Below, piece after piece: positions 8,354-16,031 of a DNA stretch of 32,000 bases. Source of the DNA: Erysipelotrichaceae bacterium (lineage in GTDB: Bacteria > Bacillota_I > Bacilli_A > Erysipelotrichales > Coprobacillaceae); contig JAQVDW010000003.1 in the NCBI GenBank assembly GCA_028698185.1, positions 30,001-62,000 on the forward strand. Reading direction: 5' to 3'. The notes below the pieces were generated by a model that was not told the origin of the DNA, made no database searches, and worked only from the letters and a program-made list of their open reading frames with translations. The position numbers and the translations under genes were made by a program. Each line of letters begins with the position of its first letter. The stretch's first letter is position 1.

Positions 8354-8755
8354 TTATTGCTTACTATAATTATGCTCTTCTTGTGCCTGGTTTGCAAATG
8401 CATTCTCTTTTTCGCATTCGTTTTGGCATTCGCCTTCATTTTCCTGCGCTTGAATTCTTTCACGTTTTTGTGACTGTGTTTGAGTTTGTTCTTGATTTTG
8501 AACTTCGTTTTGATATTGGTTTCTGTTTTGTTTCTGTTCTTGCGCTTGAGTCTGTTCTTGGGTGCAATCGCCTTGAGCTTTTTGCGCTGCCAAATCACAA
8601 ACACCATCTTCGTTTTCATCAACGAAATTTGATGACTGCAACATCGATTGTTGGCTCGCATTGGTTTGAGTTGCACTCGCCCCTTCGGCCATAACTGTAG
8701 TTGCACCTAAACCTAACATTACTAATAATACTGAACTGATTACGATATTTTTCAT
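8354..8755 (-). CDS. Secreted Q/E/N-rich low-complexity protein with four Cys and a DxNxDG-type loop; first gene of the ECF operon
   Basis: AGGAGG lies 8 nt upstream of ATG 8755. A Sec signal peptide (MKNIVISSVLLVMLGLGATTVMA|EG) is present. Other features are the motif FVDENEDGVCD and cysteines at residues 53, 64, 110 and 114. Only 30 nt separate its stop from the sigma factor start. Confidence 0.7.
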   Translation of the reverse strand: MKNIVISSVLLVMLGLGATTVMAEGASATQTNASQQSMLQSSNFVDENEDGVCDLAAQKAQGDCTQEQTQAQEQKQNRNQYQNEVQNQEQTQTQSQKRERIQAQENEGECQNECEKENAFANQAQEEHNYSKQ

Positions 8756-8865
8756 TTTGAATTCCTCCTGTTTTCATAACTAATACAACCGGATGCGGAT
8801 AATCCTTGCAATTATTTCATTTTTTTTATTTTCACGGCGCACATCAATATAAATTATCACTTTGC

Positions 8866-8894
8866 TTGAATTTATCGGTTAAATATCTTATAAT
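8866..8894 (+). promoter_or_regulatory. SigA-type promoter for the FAD-protein gene
   Basis: TTGAAT (8866-8871), a 17-nt spacer and TATAAT (8889-8894). Confidence 0.6.
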
Positions 8895-8920
8895 GACTGA
8901 TGGTCAAAAAGGAGAATACA

Positions 8921-10339
8921 ATGGAAAAAAACTATGATGTAATTATTGTTGGTGCCGGACCGGCAGGTATAATGGCCAGCTATGAACTGGTGCTCAAAAA
9001 CCCTGGAATGAGCATCCTGTTGGTTGATAAAGGATTGGATGTCACAAAAAGACACTGTCCAATCCATGAGAAGAAACTGACAGCATGTCCGTTGATAAAA
9101 GAGAATGTCCCGGGATGTTTGCCGGCTTGTTCGATAACTGCAGGTTTCGGGGGTGCTGGGGCATACTCCGATGGGAAATTCAATATTACCAGTGAATTCG
9201 GGGGCTGGCTTACCGATTACCTGAGCCCGACCGAAGTCGAAGAGGTAATCAGGTATGTTGACGAGCAGTACCTGAAACATGGGGCGACCAAGGAGATAAC
9301 CGATCCGACTACCGAAGCCATCAAGGAAATCGAACACCGTGGCTACGCGGTAGGATTGAAACTTCTGCGTGCCCGGGTCCGTCATCTAGGAACCGAAGAG
9401 AATCTGCGAATCATGTCGGAAATGTCAGAGGAGCTCAAGGAAAGCATCGATATGATGTTCTCAATGGAAGTTGCCGATATCATAGTTGAAAACAACAGAT
9501 GTCAGGGGATAGTCCTTAACGATGGCACCAAAGTTTTATCCAAATATACAGTTCTCGCTCCTGGGCGTGACGGTTCAGCTTGGTTGACGAAAATACTCAA
9601 AAACCAGAACATCGAGCTTTACAACAACCAGGTCGATGTCGGAGTCCGCGTGGAGACTTCCAATATCGTAATGGAAGAGATAAACAAGAACCTCTACGAA
9701 GGAAAATTCATCTACAATACATCGGTTGGAACCAAGGTGCGGACGTTCTGTTCAAATCCGAGCGGTCACGTGGTGGTCGAAAACCACAGCGGAACCATGC
9801 TCGCAAACGGCCATGCCTACCAGGACCCAAAACTTGGTTCCAACAACACCAATTTCGCCCTGCTTGTATCCCACACTTTTTCCGAGCCCTTCAACGCTCC
9901 AAACGAATATGCCCATGAGGTATCGGGATTGGCTAACAAGCTAAGCAACGGCAGCGTGATTGTCCAGAGATATGGAGACATCAAGAAAGGCCGGCGGACA
10001 ACCGACAAAAGGTTGAAAGAGGGATATACCGTTCCTACTTTGAAAGAAGCGGTTCCAGGCGATCTTGGGTTGGTGCTTCCTTACAACACTATGAAGTCGA
10101 TCATTGAGATGATCGAGGCGTTGGATACGGTGACTCCGGGAATCGCCAATGACCACACTCTTCTCTACGGGGTAGAAGCCAAATTTTATTCTGCGCGTCC
10201 GAAAGTCCGGGAAAATTTCGAGTCGGAAATCGACAATCTTTATGTCGCTGGTGATGGAGCGGGTCTTACCCGTGGCCTGGCCCAGGCAGGAGCAAACGGA
10301 ATCCTTGTTGCCCGGGGAATAATATCTAAAGAAAAATAA
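8921..10339 (+). CDS. FAD-dependent oxidoreductase-like protein (COG2509-type, function unknown)
   Basis: N-terminal Rossmann motif DVIIVGAGPAGIMAS and a C-terminal YVAGDGAGLTRGLAQAGANG block. I moved the start to ATG 8921 (MEKNYDVIIVG), which has AAGGAG upstream. Confidence 0.8.
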   Translation: MEKNYDVIIVGAGPAGIMASYELVLKNPGMSILLVDKGLDVTKRHCPIHEKKLTACPLIKENVPGCLPACSITAGFGGAGAYSDGKFNITSEFGGWLTDYLSPTEVEEVIRYVDEQYLKHGATKEITDPTTEAIKEIEHRGYAVGLKLLRARVRHLGTEENLRIMSEMSEELKESIDMMFSMEVADIIVENNRCQGIVLNDGTKVLSKYTVLAPGRDGSAWLTKILKNQNIELYNNQVDVGVRVETSNIVMEEINKNLYEGKFIYNTSVGTKVRTFCSNPSGHVVVENHSGTMLANGHAYQDPKLGSNNTNFALLVSHTFSEPFNAPNEYAHEVSGLANKLSNGSVIVQRYGDIKKGRRTTDKRLKEGYTVPTLKEAVPGDLGLVLPYNTMKSIIEMIEALDTVTPGIANDHTLLYGVEAKFYSARPKVRENFESEIDNLYVAGDGAGLTRGLAQAGANGILVARGIISKEK

Positions 10340-10385
10340 TCCAAGCCCAAATGCTCCACTATCATGTGGAGCATTCAGGCTTGGA
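10340..10385 (+). terminator. Long imperfect hairpin after the FAD-protein gene (terminator-like, no T-tract)
   Basis: TCCAAGCC-CAA-ATGCTCCAC [TATCAT] GTGGAGCAT-TCA-GGCTTGGA. There is no U-run downstream, so it may be a weak or Rho-assisted terminator, or an RNA-stability element. Confidence 0.45.
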
Positions 10386-10527
10386 ATCGGATTGTCATTG
10401 AGGATAGAACAATCAAGTTGGTGAATAGGAATGGTCGATCGATAAAAATCTTAAAATTGAATGATTGTCAGTTTAATTGTACCTTGATTTGTGGTATATT
10501 GTATTCAATTTAATGGAGGTAGAAAAG

Positions 10528-12171
10528 ATGCGGATATTTGCAACAGATATGGATGGAACGTTTTTGACTGAAGCAAAAACATTTGACGATAAATTCTATG
10601 ACTTGTTTGAATTGATGAAAAAAAATGGTGACCGGTTTGTGGTTGCTTCGGGTGGGCAGTATCAAAGATTGTGCATGAGATTCGACCACAGCATCAGAAA
10701 TGACATAATCTATGTTTCTGAAAATGGTGCCTTGATCCGTGATGGCGAGATAATAATCCACAAGGATGTTATCCCGGCAGAGTCTTGGAAAAAAATGATT
10801 GACCTGCTTGCACCATATGATTGCATGATAGTAGTGTGCGGGGTTGAACATGGCTATATCCTAAGGAAGTTCGCGCATTTCGATGATGTCATTCGAAAGT
10901 TCTACAACAATATTCAATATGTCGAAAGCTATGACGATATCACTGATGAGATATTGAAGCTATCTTTTTACGAACCAGATGGCAAAGGTCCGGAAGTCCA
11001 AGATGAAGTGGCACACAAGGTACCGGATAACATCTATTGCGTAACCAGCGGATTCACCTGGTTCGACATCCTGGCAAAAACAGCGAACAAGGGTGAAGCC
11101 TTGAAAAAGGTTTCGGTCTATCTTAATGTCGACCGCAAGAATGTCTATGCCTTCGGGGATCAGATGAACGATTTCGAGATGCTCCGTTATGCCAAGAACT
11201 CTTATGCGGTTGCCAATTCGGTGGCCGCAATCAAGGCCATCTGCAAGTTTGAGATTCCCTCAAATGATGAAAACGGCGTAGTCAAGGAACTGGAAAAAAT
11301 CCTGACTGCCGGACAAAAAGAAGCGACAATCATTTCCGGAAAAGAGATTTCATTGAAAATCAAGGATCAGATCAAAGATGAAGTGGCTCAGCTGGCTGCC
11401 CAGAACAAAAGAGTTCCCAAGCTGGCGGTAATCCTGGTGGGCGACAACCAGGCATCAAAAGTTTATGTGCGCAACAAGGAACGTGGATGCGAGTATGTAA
11501 ACATGGAATCGCTGATGATCGTAAAGGATGCCAATATCACGCAACAGGACCTGCTTGATGAAATCACGCTTTTGAATCAGGATCCTACCGTTGATGGAAT
11601 CCTCGTGCAATTGCCGTTGCCAAGACACATCGACGAATCGAAAGTCCTCCGGGCAATCGAGCCGACCAAGGATGTCGATGGTTTCCATCCCGACAATATC
11701 GCCCGGCTTTTCCTGGGGGAAGATGGATTGGTACCATGCACTCCTAAGGGAATGATGGTTATGCTCGAACAGATCGACTATGATTTGACCGGCAAACAGG
11801 TTGTTGTGGTTGGTCGCAGCAATATCGTCGGGAAACCGGTGGCATTGCTGGCTCTTCAAAACAATGCCACAGTCACCATCGCCCACAGCAGAACCAAAGA
11901 CCTTAAAGCGGTCTGCAAACAGGCAGATGTCCTTATCGGTGCAATCGGGAAAGCGAAGTTCCTAGACGACCAATATGTCAAACCGGGAGCAGTTGTCCTG
12001 GATGTGGGAATCAACCGCGATGAAAACAACAAACTGTGCGGCGATTTCGATTTCGATAAGGTGAAGAACATCGCCAGTGCGATAACTCCGGTACCTGGGG
12101 GAGTTGGACCGATGACAATTACGATGCTGCTGGAAAACACATTGAAAGCTTATAGAATTCACGAGGGTTAA
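10528..12171 (+). CDS. folD: Fusion protein: Cof-type HAD-IIB phosphatase (N-terminal) and bifunctional methylene-THF dehydrogenase/methenyl-THF cyclohydrolase FolD (C-terminal)
   Basis: GGAGGT lies 7 nt upstream of ATG 10528. The four HAD motifs are intact: DMDGT, VVASGG, KTANKG and GDQMNDFEM. From about nt 11323 the sequence reads ATIISGKEISLKIK... and carries the FolD motifs YVRNKERGCE, VQLPLP, DVDGFHP, GRSNIVGKPVA and PVPGGVGPMT. The reading frame is continuous, with no start or RBS at the junction. Confidence 0.85.
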   Translation: MRIFATDMDGTFLTEAKTFDDKFYDLFELMKKNGDRFVVASGGQYQRLCMRFDHSIRNDIIYVSENGALIRDGEIIIHKDVIPAESWKKMIDLLAPYDCMIVVCGVEHGYILRKFAHFDDVIRKFYNNIQYVESYDDITDEILKLSFYEPDGKGPEVQDEVAHKVPDNIYCVTSGFTWFDILAKTANKGEALKKVSVYLNVDRKNVYAFGDQMNDFEMLRYAKNSYAVANSVAAIKAICKFEIPSNDENGVVKELEKILTAGQKEATIISGKEISLKIKDQIKDEVAQLAAQNKRVPKLAVILVGDNQASKVYVRNKERGCEYVNMESLMIVKDANITQQDLLDEITLLNQDPTVDGILVQLPLPRHIDESKVLRAIEPTKDVDGFHPDNIARLFLGEDGLVPCTPKGMMVMLEQIDYDLTGKQVVVVGRSNIVGKPVALLALQNNATVTIAHSRTKDLKAVCKQADVLIGAIGKAKFLDDQYVKPGAVVLDVGINRDENNKLCGDFDFDKVKNIASAITPVPGGVGPMTITMLLENTLKAYRIHEG

Positions 12172-12174
12172 TTT

Positions 12175-12369
12175 ATGGATTATAAGCTGAACGATATAGT
12201 TGAAATGAAAAAACCCCATCCTTGTAAAAAATCCACTCAATGGCAGATTGTCCGGATGGGGGCCGATATCAAGATCAAATGTTTGGGCTGCAATGCGATT
12301 GTGATGTTTTCAAGAAGAGATTTCGAGAAACGACTCAAAAAGATCGTAGTTCCGGCTCAAGAGAAATAG
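12175..12369 (+). CDS. DUF951-family small protein
   Basis: A 64-aa protein with the pattern DIVEMKKPHPC...W.IVRMGADIKIKCLGC, typical of DUF951 as I recall the family. It starts 3 nt after the folD stop. Confidence 0.7.
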   Translation: MDYKLNDIVEMKKPHPCKKSTQWQIVRMGADIKIKCLGCNAIVMFSRRDFEKRLKKIVVPAQEK

Positions 12370-13176
12370 TTAGCTGTAGTACTCTTCAAAAATATGATAC
12401 AAAGTTTTCAAGGCGGCGGGGTCATCGCTCGACGATGCGCCAAGTGCCTGAAAGAGGGCCCAATTGCGGGCTCTTTTTTTGGTCCCTTGATCACACCCGA
12501 GTTCCTGGAAGAAAACAGCACGGCTGTCTTTATCAAGACAATGGTAGCCTATGGCGTAGCCAAAAGCCTCATCGCCAAAATAAGGGGTGGCCACCTGGTC
12601 GATGCCAATCAAGCGGCCATTACTGAGGACCAGATTAGCACAGCCTATATTCCCGTAAAGAAGGGTGGGATGGGTTTCATCGCTGGATTCCAGGCCCTGG
12701 TTGATCATATCGGTATAGACCTTCTGGTCGTTGCCACAGGGCTGGGCCGCAATTGTTTTTCGCAGGGATTCGATATTCCCTGAAAAATCAATGTTTTCAA
12801 AATTTCCAGACAGTTCAATCTGACTGGCGTGTGATTTAAGCTGTTTTAAAAAGTCGGCCAAATCGACTGCCAATGTTTTTAAATCACAATCTTCAACTGA
12901 TTCGTTGTCAGGGCGTTCGATGCTTGAAGCAAGCAAAAAATATAGGTCATCTCTCTGACCGGAATCCCATATGGCGGGCAACAACAGTCCGATCCTTTTT
13001 GTGAGCGATCTGACAAAATCGAGATGGTTGTACGTTTGAATCAATTCAGAACTGCTATCGAACAGGAAAAGTTTGTCCTGGTTATGTTTGTAACAAATAT
13101 ATTCATCGGTCTTTTCGATAACCGTCAAATCCAGATTGGAAAACTGTTCGAATTGTCTATATGCATTTGTGTCCAT
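12370..13176 (-). CDS. Aminoglycoside/choline-kinase-like phosphotransferase-fold protein with a non-canonical catalytic loop
   Basis: The C-terminal half reads LLYGNIGCANLVLSNGRLIGIDQ...YFGDEAFGYAIGY, which parallels the APH pattern HGDxxxxN...IDW...GDPxxDLA. Here H is replaced by Y and the catalytic D by N. AAGGAGG lies upstream of ATG 13176. Confidence 0.5.
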   Translation of the reverse strand: MDTNAYRQFEQFSNLDLTVIEKTDEYICYKHNQDKLFLFDSSSELIQTYNHLDFVRSLTKRIGLLLPAIWDSGQRDDLYFLLASSIERPDNESVEDCDLKTLAVDLADFLKQLKSHASQIELSGNFENIDFSGNIESLRKTIAAQPCGNDQKVYTDMINQGLESSDETHPTLLYGNIGCANLVLSNGRLIGIDQVATPYFGDEAFGYAIGYHCLDKDSRAVFFQELGCDQGTKKRARNWALFQALGASSSDDPAALKTLYHIFEEYYS

Positions 13177-13236
13177 GGCAAAGCCTCCTTAACTTAATGA
13201 TATCACACCTTCAGTGATTTATCGGTTTTGATGCAT

Positions 13237-13261
13237 ATAAAAAGCATCCAAAAAGGATGCT
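13237..13261 (-). terminator. Intrinsic terminator after the PAP2 gene
   Basis: The minus strand reads AGCATCC TTTTT GGATGCT followed by TTTTTAT, 3 nt after the PAP2 stop. Confidence 0.7.
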
Positions 13262-13263
13262 GA

Positions 13264-13746
13264 TCAGAAAATCACATAAGCAAACATAAATGCGACAGCC
13301 AGGCCGCCTAAAACGTCGGATATGTAATGGATCCCGCAGATGACGCGAAAGATTGAGATGACAACCGCGATGACAGTTATGACAATACCCATGGTTGGAA
13401 CATAAGGCAAAATAGAAAAACCGATCACAAAGGCGCTGGTGGCGTGACGTGAGGGGAACGATTCCCGGTCATGCTTGATATCGCCGATAGGCTTATAGTC
13501 GTAAATGGTGAATGGCCGCTTGCGCGAGATGATTTTGCGGAAAGCCGAAGTCACCAGAAAACAGACGAATGGAACAATGACCATTTTCATGAAGTGATCC
13601 TGCAGATAATTGATGGCATAGATCAAAGTGCAGGCATAAAGGAAAAAGACCAGTAAGGGCAGGAGTTTATTTGCCTTCTTCAACAAGGATTTAAGGCGCG
13701 GTTTGGCATTTATGCGGTTGACAAAATATAGGTAGAAATTAGCCAT
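13264..13746 (-). CDS. PAP2-family membrane phosphatase (BcrC/undecaprenyl-diphosphatase-like)
   Basis: The three acid-phosphatase motifs are present: KIISRKRPF, PSRHATSAF and RVICGIHYISDV. The protein has four predicted TM segments. Confidence 0.8.
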   Translation of the reverse strand: MANFYLYFVNRINAKPRLKSLLKKANKLLPLLVFFLYACTLIYAINYLQDHFMKMVIVPFVCFLVTSAFRKIISRKRPFTIYDYKPIGDIKHDRESFPSRHATSAFVIGFSILPYVPTMGIVITVIAVVISIFRVICGIHYISDVLGGLAVAFMFAYVIF

Positions 13747-13969
13747 TTTTAAGCACCAAGATGGTAATTCCGGGATTGGTTGTCAGAATTTTTTTGCTAA
13801 CCCTTTTATGACGATATTGCTTGCGGACATAATCGCGCAAAATGGTTGAAGAATAACCATGGATGACTTCAACTTCCTGGCAGAATGACGACTGTGAATC
13901 GATAAAGTTGTCAATGGCGACCTTGGCTTCGGTTTTGGTCAGTGAATGAATATCAATGGAATAAAACAT
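13739..13969 (-). CDS. Small Smr-like domain protein (76 aa)
   Basis: The pattern IDIHSLTKTEAKVAIDNFI...VEVIHGYSSTILRDYVRKQY...GITILVL follows the Smr layout (LDLHG..EA......IIHGKG..L...V). AGGAG lies 7 nt upstream of ATG 13969, which I prefer over the track start. The stop overlaps the PAP2 start (ATGGCTAA). Confidence 0.5.
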   Translation of the reverse strand: MFYSIDIHSLTKTEAKVAIDNFIDSQSSFCQEVEVIHGYSSTILRDYVRKQYRHKRVSKKILTTNPGITILVLKNG

Positions 13970-14095
13970 AATAAACTCCTTTTCCTGCGGCCGCAAGATC
14001 TGGAATCGCGGCGGCCAAATTAAAACAAATGTTTACTAAATTATAAGCAAGTTCAAAAAAAAATACAACAAATTGTTTCTTTGCACCAAGTTTTA

Positions 14096-14124
14096 TTGCT
14101 TTTGAAGCGAATTTTAATTACAAT
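14096..14124 (+). promoter_or_regulatory. SigA-type promoter for ychF
   Basis: TTGCTT (14096-14101), a 17-nt spacer and TACAAT (14119-14124). AAGGAG lies before ATG 14155. Confidence 0.6.
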
Positions 14125-14154
14125 GGTTGTGAATATAATAAGGAGTGAATATAA

Positions 14155-15255
14155 ATGGCATTAACGGCAGGAATCGTTGGTTTACCAAACGTCGGTAAAT
14201 CAACTTTATTTAACGCAATAACAAACGCCCAGGTGGAGGCGGCAAATTATCCATTCGCGACAATCGACCCCAATGTAGGGGTGGTTGAGGTGCCTGACAA
14301 GCGGTTGGAAAAATTGACGGAATTGGTTATTCCTAAAAAGACAGTTCCAACTACGTTTGGATTCACCGATATCGCTGGTCTTGTAAAAGGCGCGTCACGC
14401 GGTGAAGGTCTGGGAAACAAGTTCCTTGGCAACATCCGGGAAACGGATGCGATCTGTGAAGTAGTCCGTTGTTTCAGGGACAATGATGTGACCCACGTCG
14501 AAGGTGATGTCAATCCGATCCGGGATATCGAGACAATCAATCTGGAATTGATTTTTGCGGATCTCGAGTCAGTCGAAAAAAGAATGGCTCGTCTTGAAAA
14601 GAAAGCAAAATCAGGCGACAAGGAAGCGAAAGCCGAAATGGAGATTCTGGTTCCTTTGAAGGAACTGTTGGAAAATTCGAAACCGGCTCGAATGCTGCAA
14701 TTGGAAAAGGACCAGGAAGCTATCATCAAGCAGTTCAATCTGTTGACAAGAAAACCGATCATCTATGTGGCCAACCTGGGTGAAGAAGATCTTGAAGATC
14801 CGACGCAAAACCCTTTCTACAATGATGTTGTTGAGTTCGCGAAACAAGAAGGGGCGGATGTAGTTCCTATCTGCGCTAAAATAGAAGCGGAATTGGTCGG
14901 ACTGGACCCTGAAGAAAAAGCAATGTTCCTGGCAGACCTTGGAATCGAAGAAAGCGGTCTTGACAAACTGATCAAGGAAGCATACAAAATCCTGGGGCTA
15001 AGAACTTATTTCACAGCCGGAGTTCAGGAAGTTAGAGCTTGGACTTTCAAAGAAGGGATGACCGCACCGGAGATGGCGGGAGTAATCCATAGCGATTTCC
15101 AAAAAGGATTCATCAGAGCTGAGACTTACAGCTATGATGACCTGGTTGAATATGGCAGCGTCCAAGCCCTCAAAGAGGCAGGGAAGATCCGCCAGGAAGG
15201 TAAGCAATACGTCGGCCAAGACGGCGACATCATGCTTTTCAAATTCAACGTGTAA
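14155..15255 (+). CDS. ychF: Redox-regulated ribosome-associated ATPase YchF (Obg-like)
   Basis: G1 motif [23 protein letters not shown], a coiled-coil insert, and the C-terminal TGS-type domain ([23 protein letters not shown]). Confidence 0.96.
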   Translation: MALTAGIVGLPNVGKSTLFNAITNAQVEAANYPFATIDPNVGVVEVPDKRLEKLTELVIPKKTVPTTFGFTDIAGLVKGASRGEGLGNKFLGNIRETDAICEVVRCFRDNDVTHVEGDVNPIRDIETINLELIFADLESVEKRMARLEKKAKSGDKEAKAEMEILVPLKELLENSKPARMLQLEKDQEAIIKQFNLLTRKPIIYVANLGEEDLEDPTQNPFYNDVVEFAKQEGADVVPICAKIEAELVGLDPEEKAMFLADLGIEESGLDKLIKEAYKILGLRTYFTAGVQEVRAWTFKEGMTAPEMAGVIHSDFQKGFIRAETYSYDDLVEYGSVQALKEAGKIRQEGKQYVGQDGDIMLFKFNV

Positions 15256-16031
15256 TGAAAAACATTATCCGCAAGATCGTAATCGTATTTTGCGTCGCGG
15301 TGATAGGTTATTCGGTCTACAACCTGGCCTCGCTTTATCTTGAATATCAGGCAATCGAGCAGGCCAATCAGGAAATTGTCGACGAATACGTCACTAATAA
15401 CGAGGATGAAAAGACAGCTAAGGAGCCCAGCGAACAGCCGGTTGTTTACGAGCCTGGACATGACAGCGTTGATTTTGATTCGCTGCTAAGCCGCAATGAC
15501 GAGGTGGTCGGATGGATTGAGATACCGGACACCCGGGTCGACTATCCGGTCCTTTTCCCAAGTTCTCCCAATGAGTACCTGTATGCGGACATAGATCATG
15601 GGTATTTTCGGGCAGGTTCGATTTTCCTCGATTCAAGGATGACAACTCCGTTCAATTGCAACAATACGGTAATCTATGGCCACAACATGAAAAACGGGTC
15701 GATGTTCCATGATATCAAGCAATATGTGAATCAGGATTTCGCCCAGGCACATCCTTACATTTACTTTTATCAGACTGATGGTTCGATTCTCGCGTACAAG
15801 GTGATTGGTGCGGGGGTAATCAAAGCCACCAGCGAATTCTATACTAACTACAATATTGATTTGCCGGAATACTACCAGAAGATAAGAGACTACAGCAATA
15901 TCAGCGTCGATTTCGATGCCTCACTGGACAACCCGGTCATCATGCTTTCGACATGTGCGACGGGTTCGTCCGATGAGCTGAACCGCTATGTGGTTCATGC
16001 GGTCTTAAACAAGTATTATCAAGCACAATAG
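15255..16031 (+). CDS. srtB: Class B sortase
   Basis: The protein has an N-terminal TM anchor. Motifs present are VGWIEIPDTRVDYPV, GSIFLDSR, catalytic His (VIYGHNMKNGSMF), catalytic Cys (MLSTC) and Arg (NRYVVHA). ATG 15255 shares a base with the ychF TAA stop (TAATG), and no SD is visible. Confidence 0.85.
   Translation: MKNIIRKIVIVFCVAVIGYSVYNLASLYLEYQAIEQANQEIVDEYVTNNEDEKTAKEPSEQPVVYEPGHDSVDFDSLLSRNDEVVGWIEIPDTRVDYPVLFPSSPNEYLYADIDHGYFRAGSIFLDSRMTTPFNCNNTVIYGHNMKNGSMFHDIKQYVNQDFAQAHPYIYFYQTDGSILAYKVIGAGVIKATSEFYTNYNIDLPEYYQKIRDYSNISVDFDASLDNPVIMLSTCATGSSDELNRYVVHAVLNKYYQAQ

Noticed and set aside
8335-8706. Two further long ORFs, 8335-8706 (-) and 8341-8694 (+), overlap the Q-rich secreted protein gene. 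I considered them as possible overlapping or antisense genes.
   Set aside because: The DNA here is a low-complexity CAA/GAA/CAG-rich tract that depletes stop codons in several frames. Only the 8354-8755 frame has an AGGAGG RBS and a signal peptide. The other two translate to implausible basic or Phe/Leu-rich strings.
9750-9759. A T-loop-like string, GTTCAAATCC, that could indicate a tRNA.
   Set aside because: It lies in-frame inside the FAD-protein CDS and has no acceptor or anticodon stems around it. I found no tRNA in the window.
13987-14015. A NotI site (GCGGCCGC, 13987-13994) lies directly beside a BglII site (AGATCT, 13996-14001) and a second GC-rich block. I considered a cloning scar or engineered junction.
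   Set aside because: There is no vector-like sequence, marker or discontinuity on either side. The GC blocks pair as a GGCCGC/GCGGCC hairpin in the 5' UTR of the Smr-PAP2 operon. Chance occurrence within a structured UTR is the simpler explanation.
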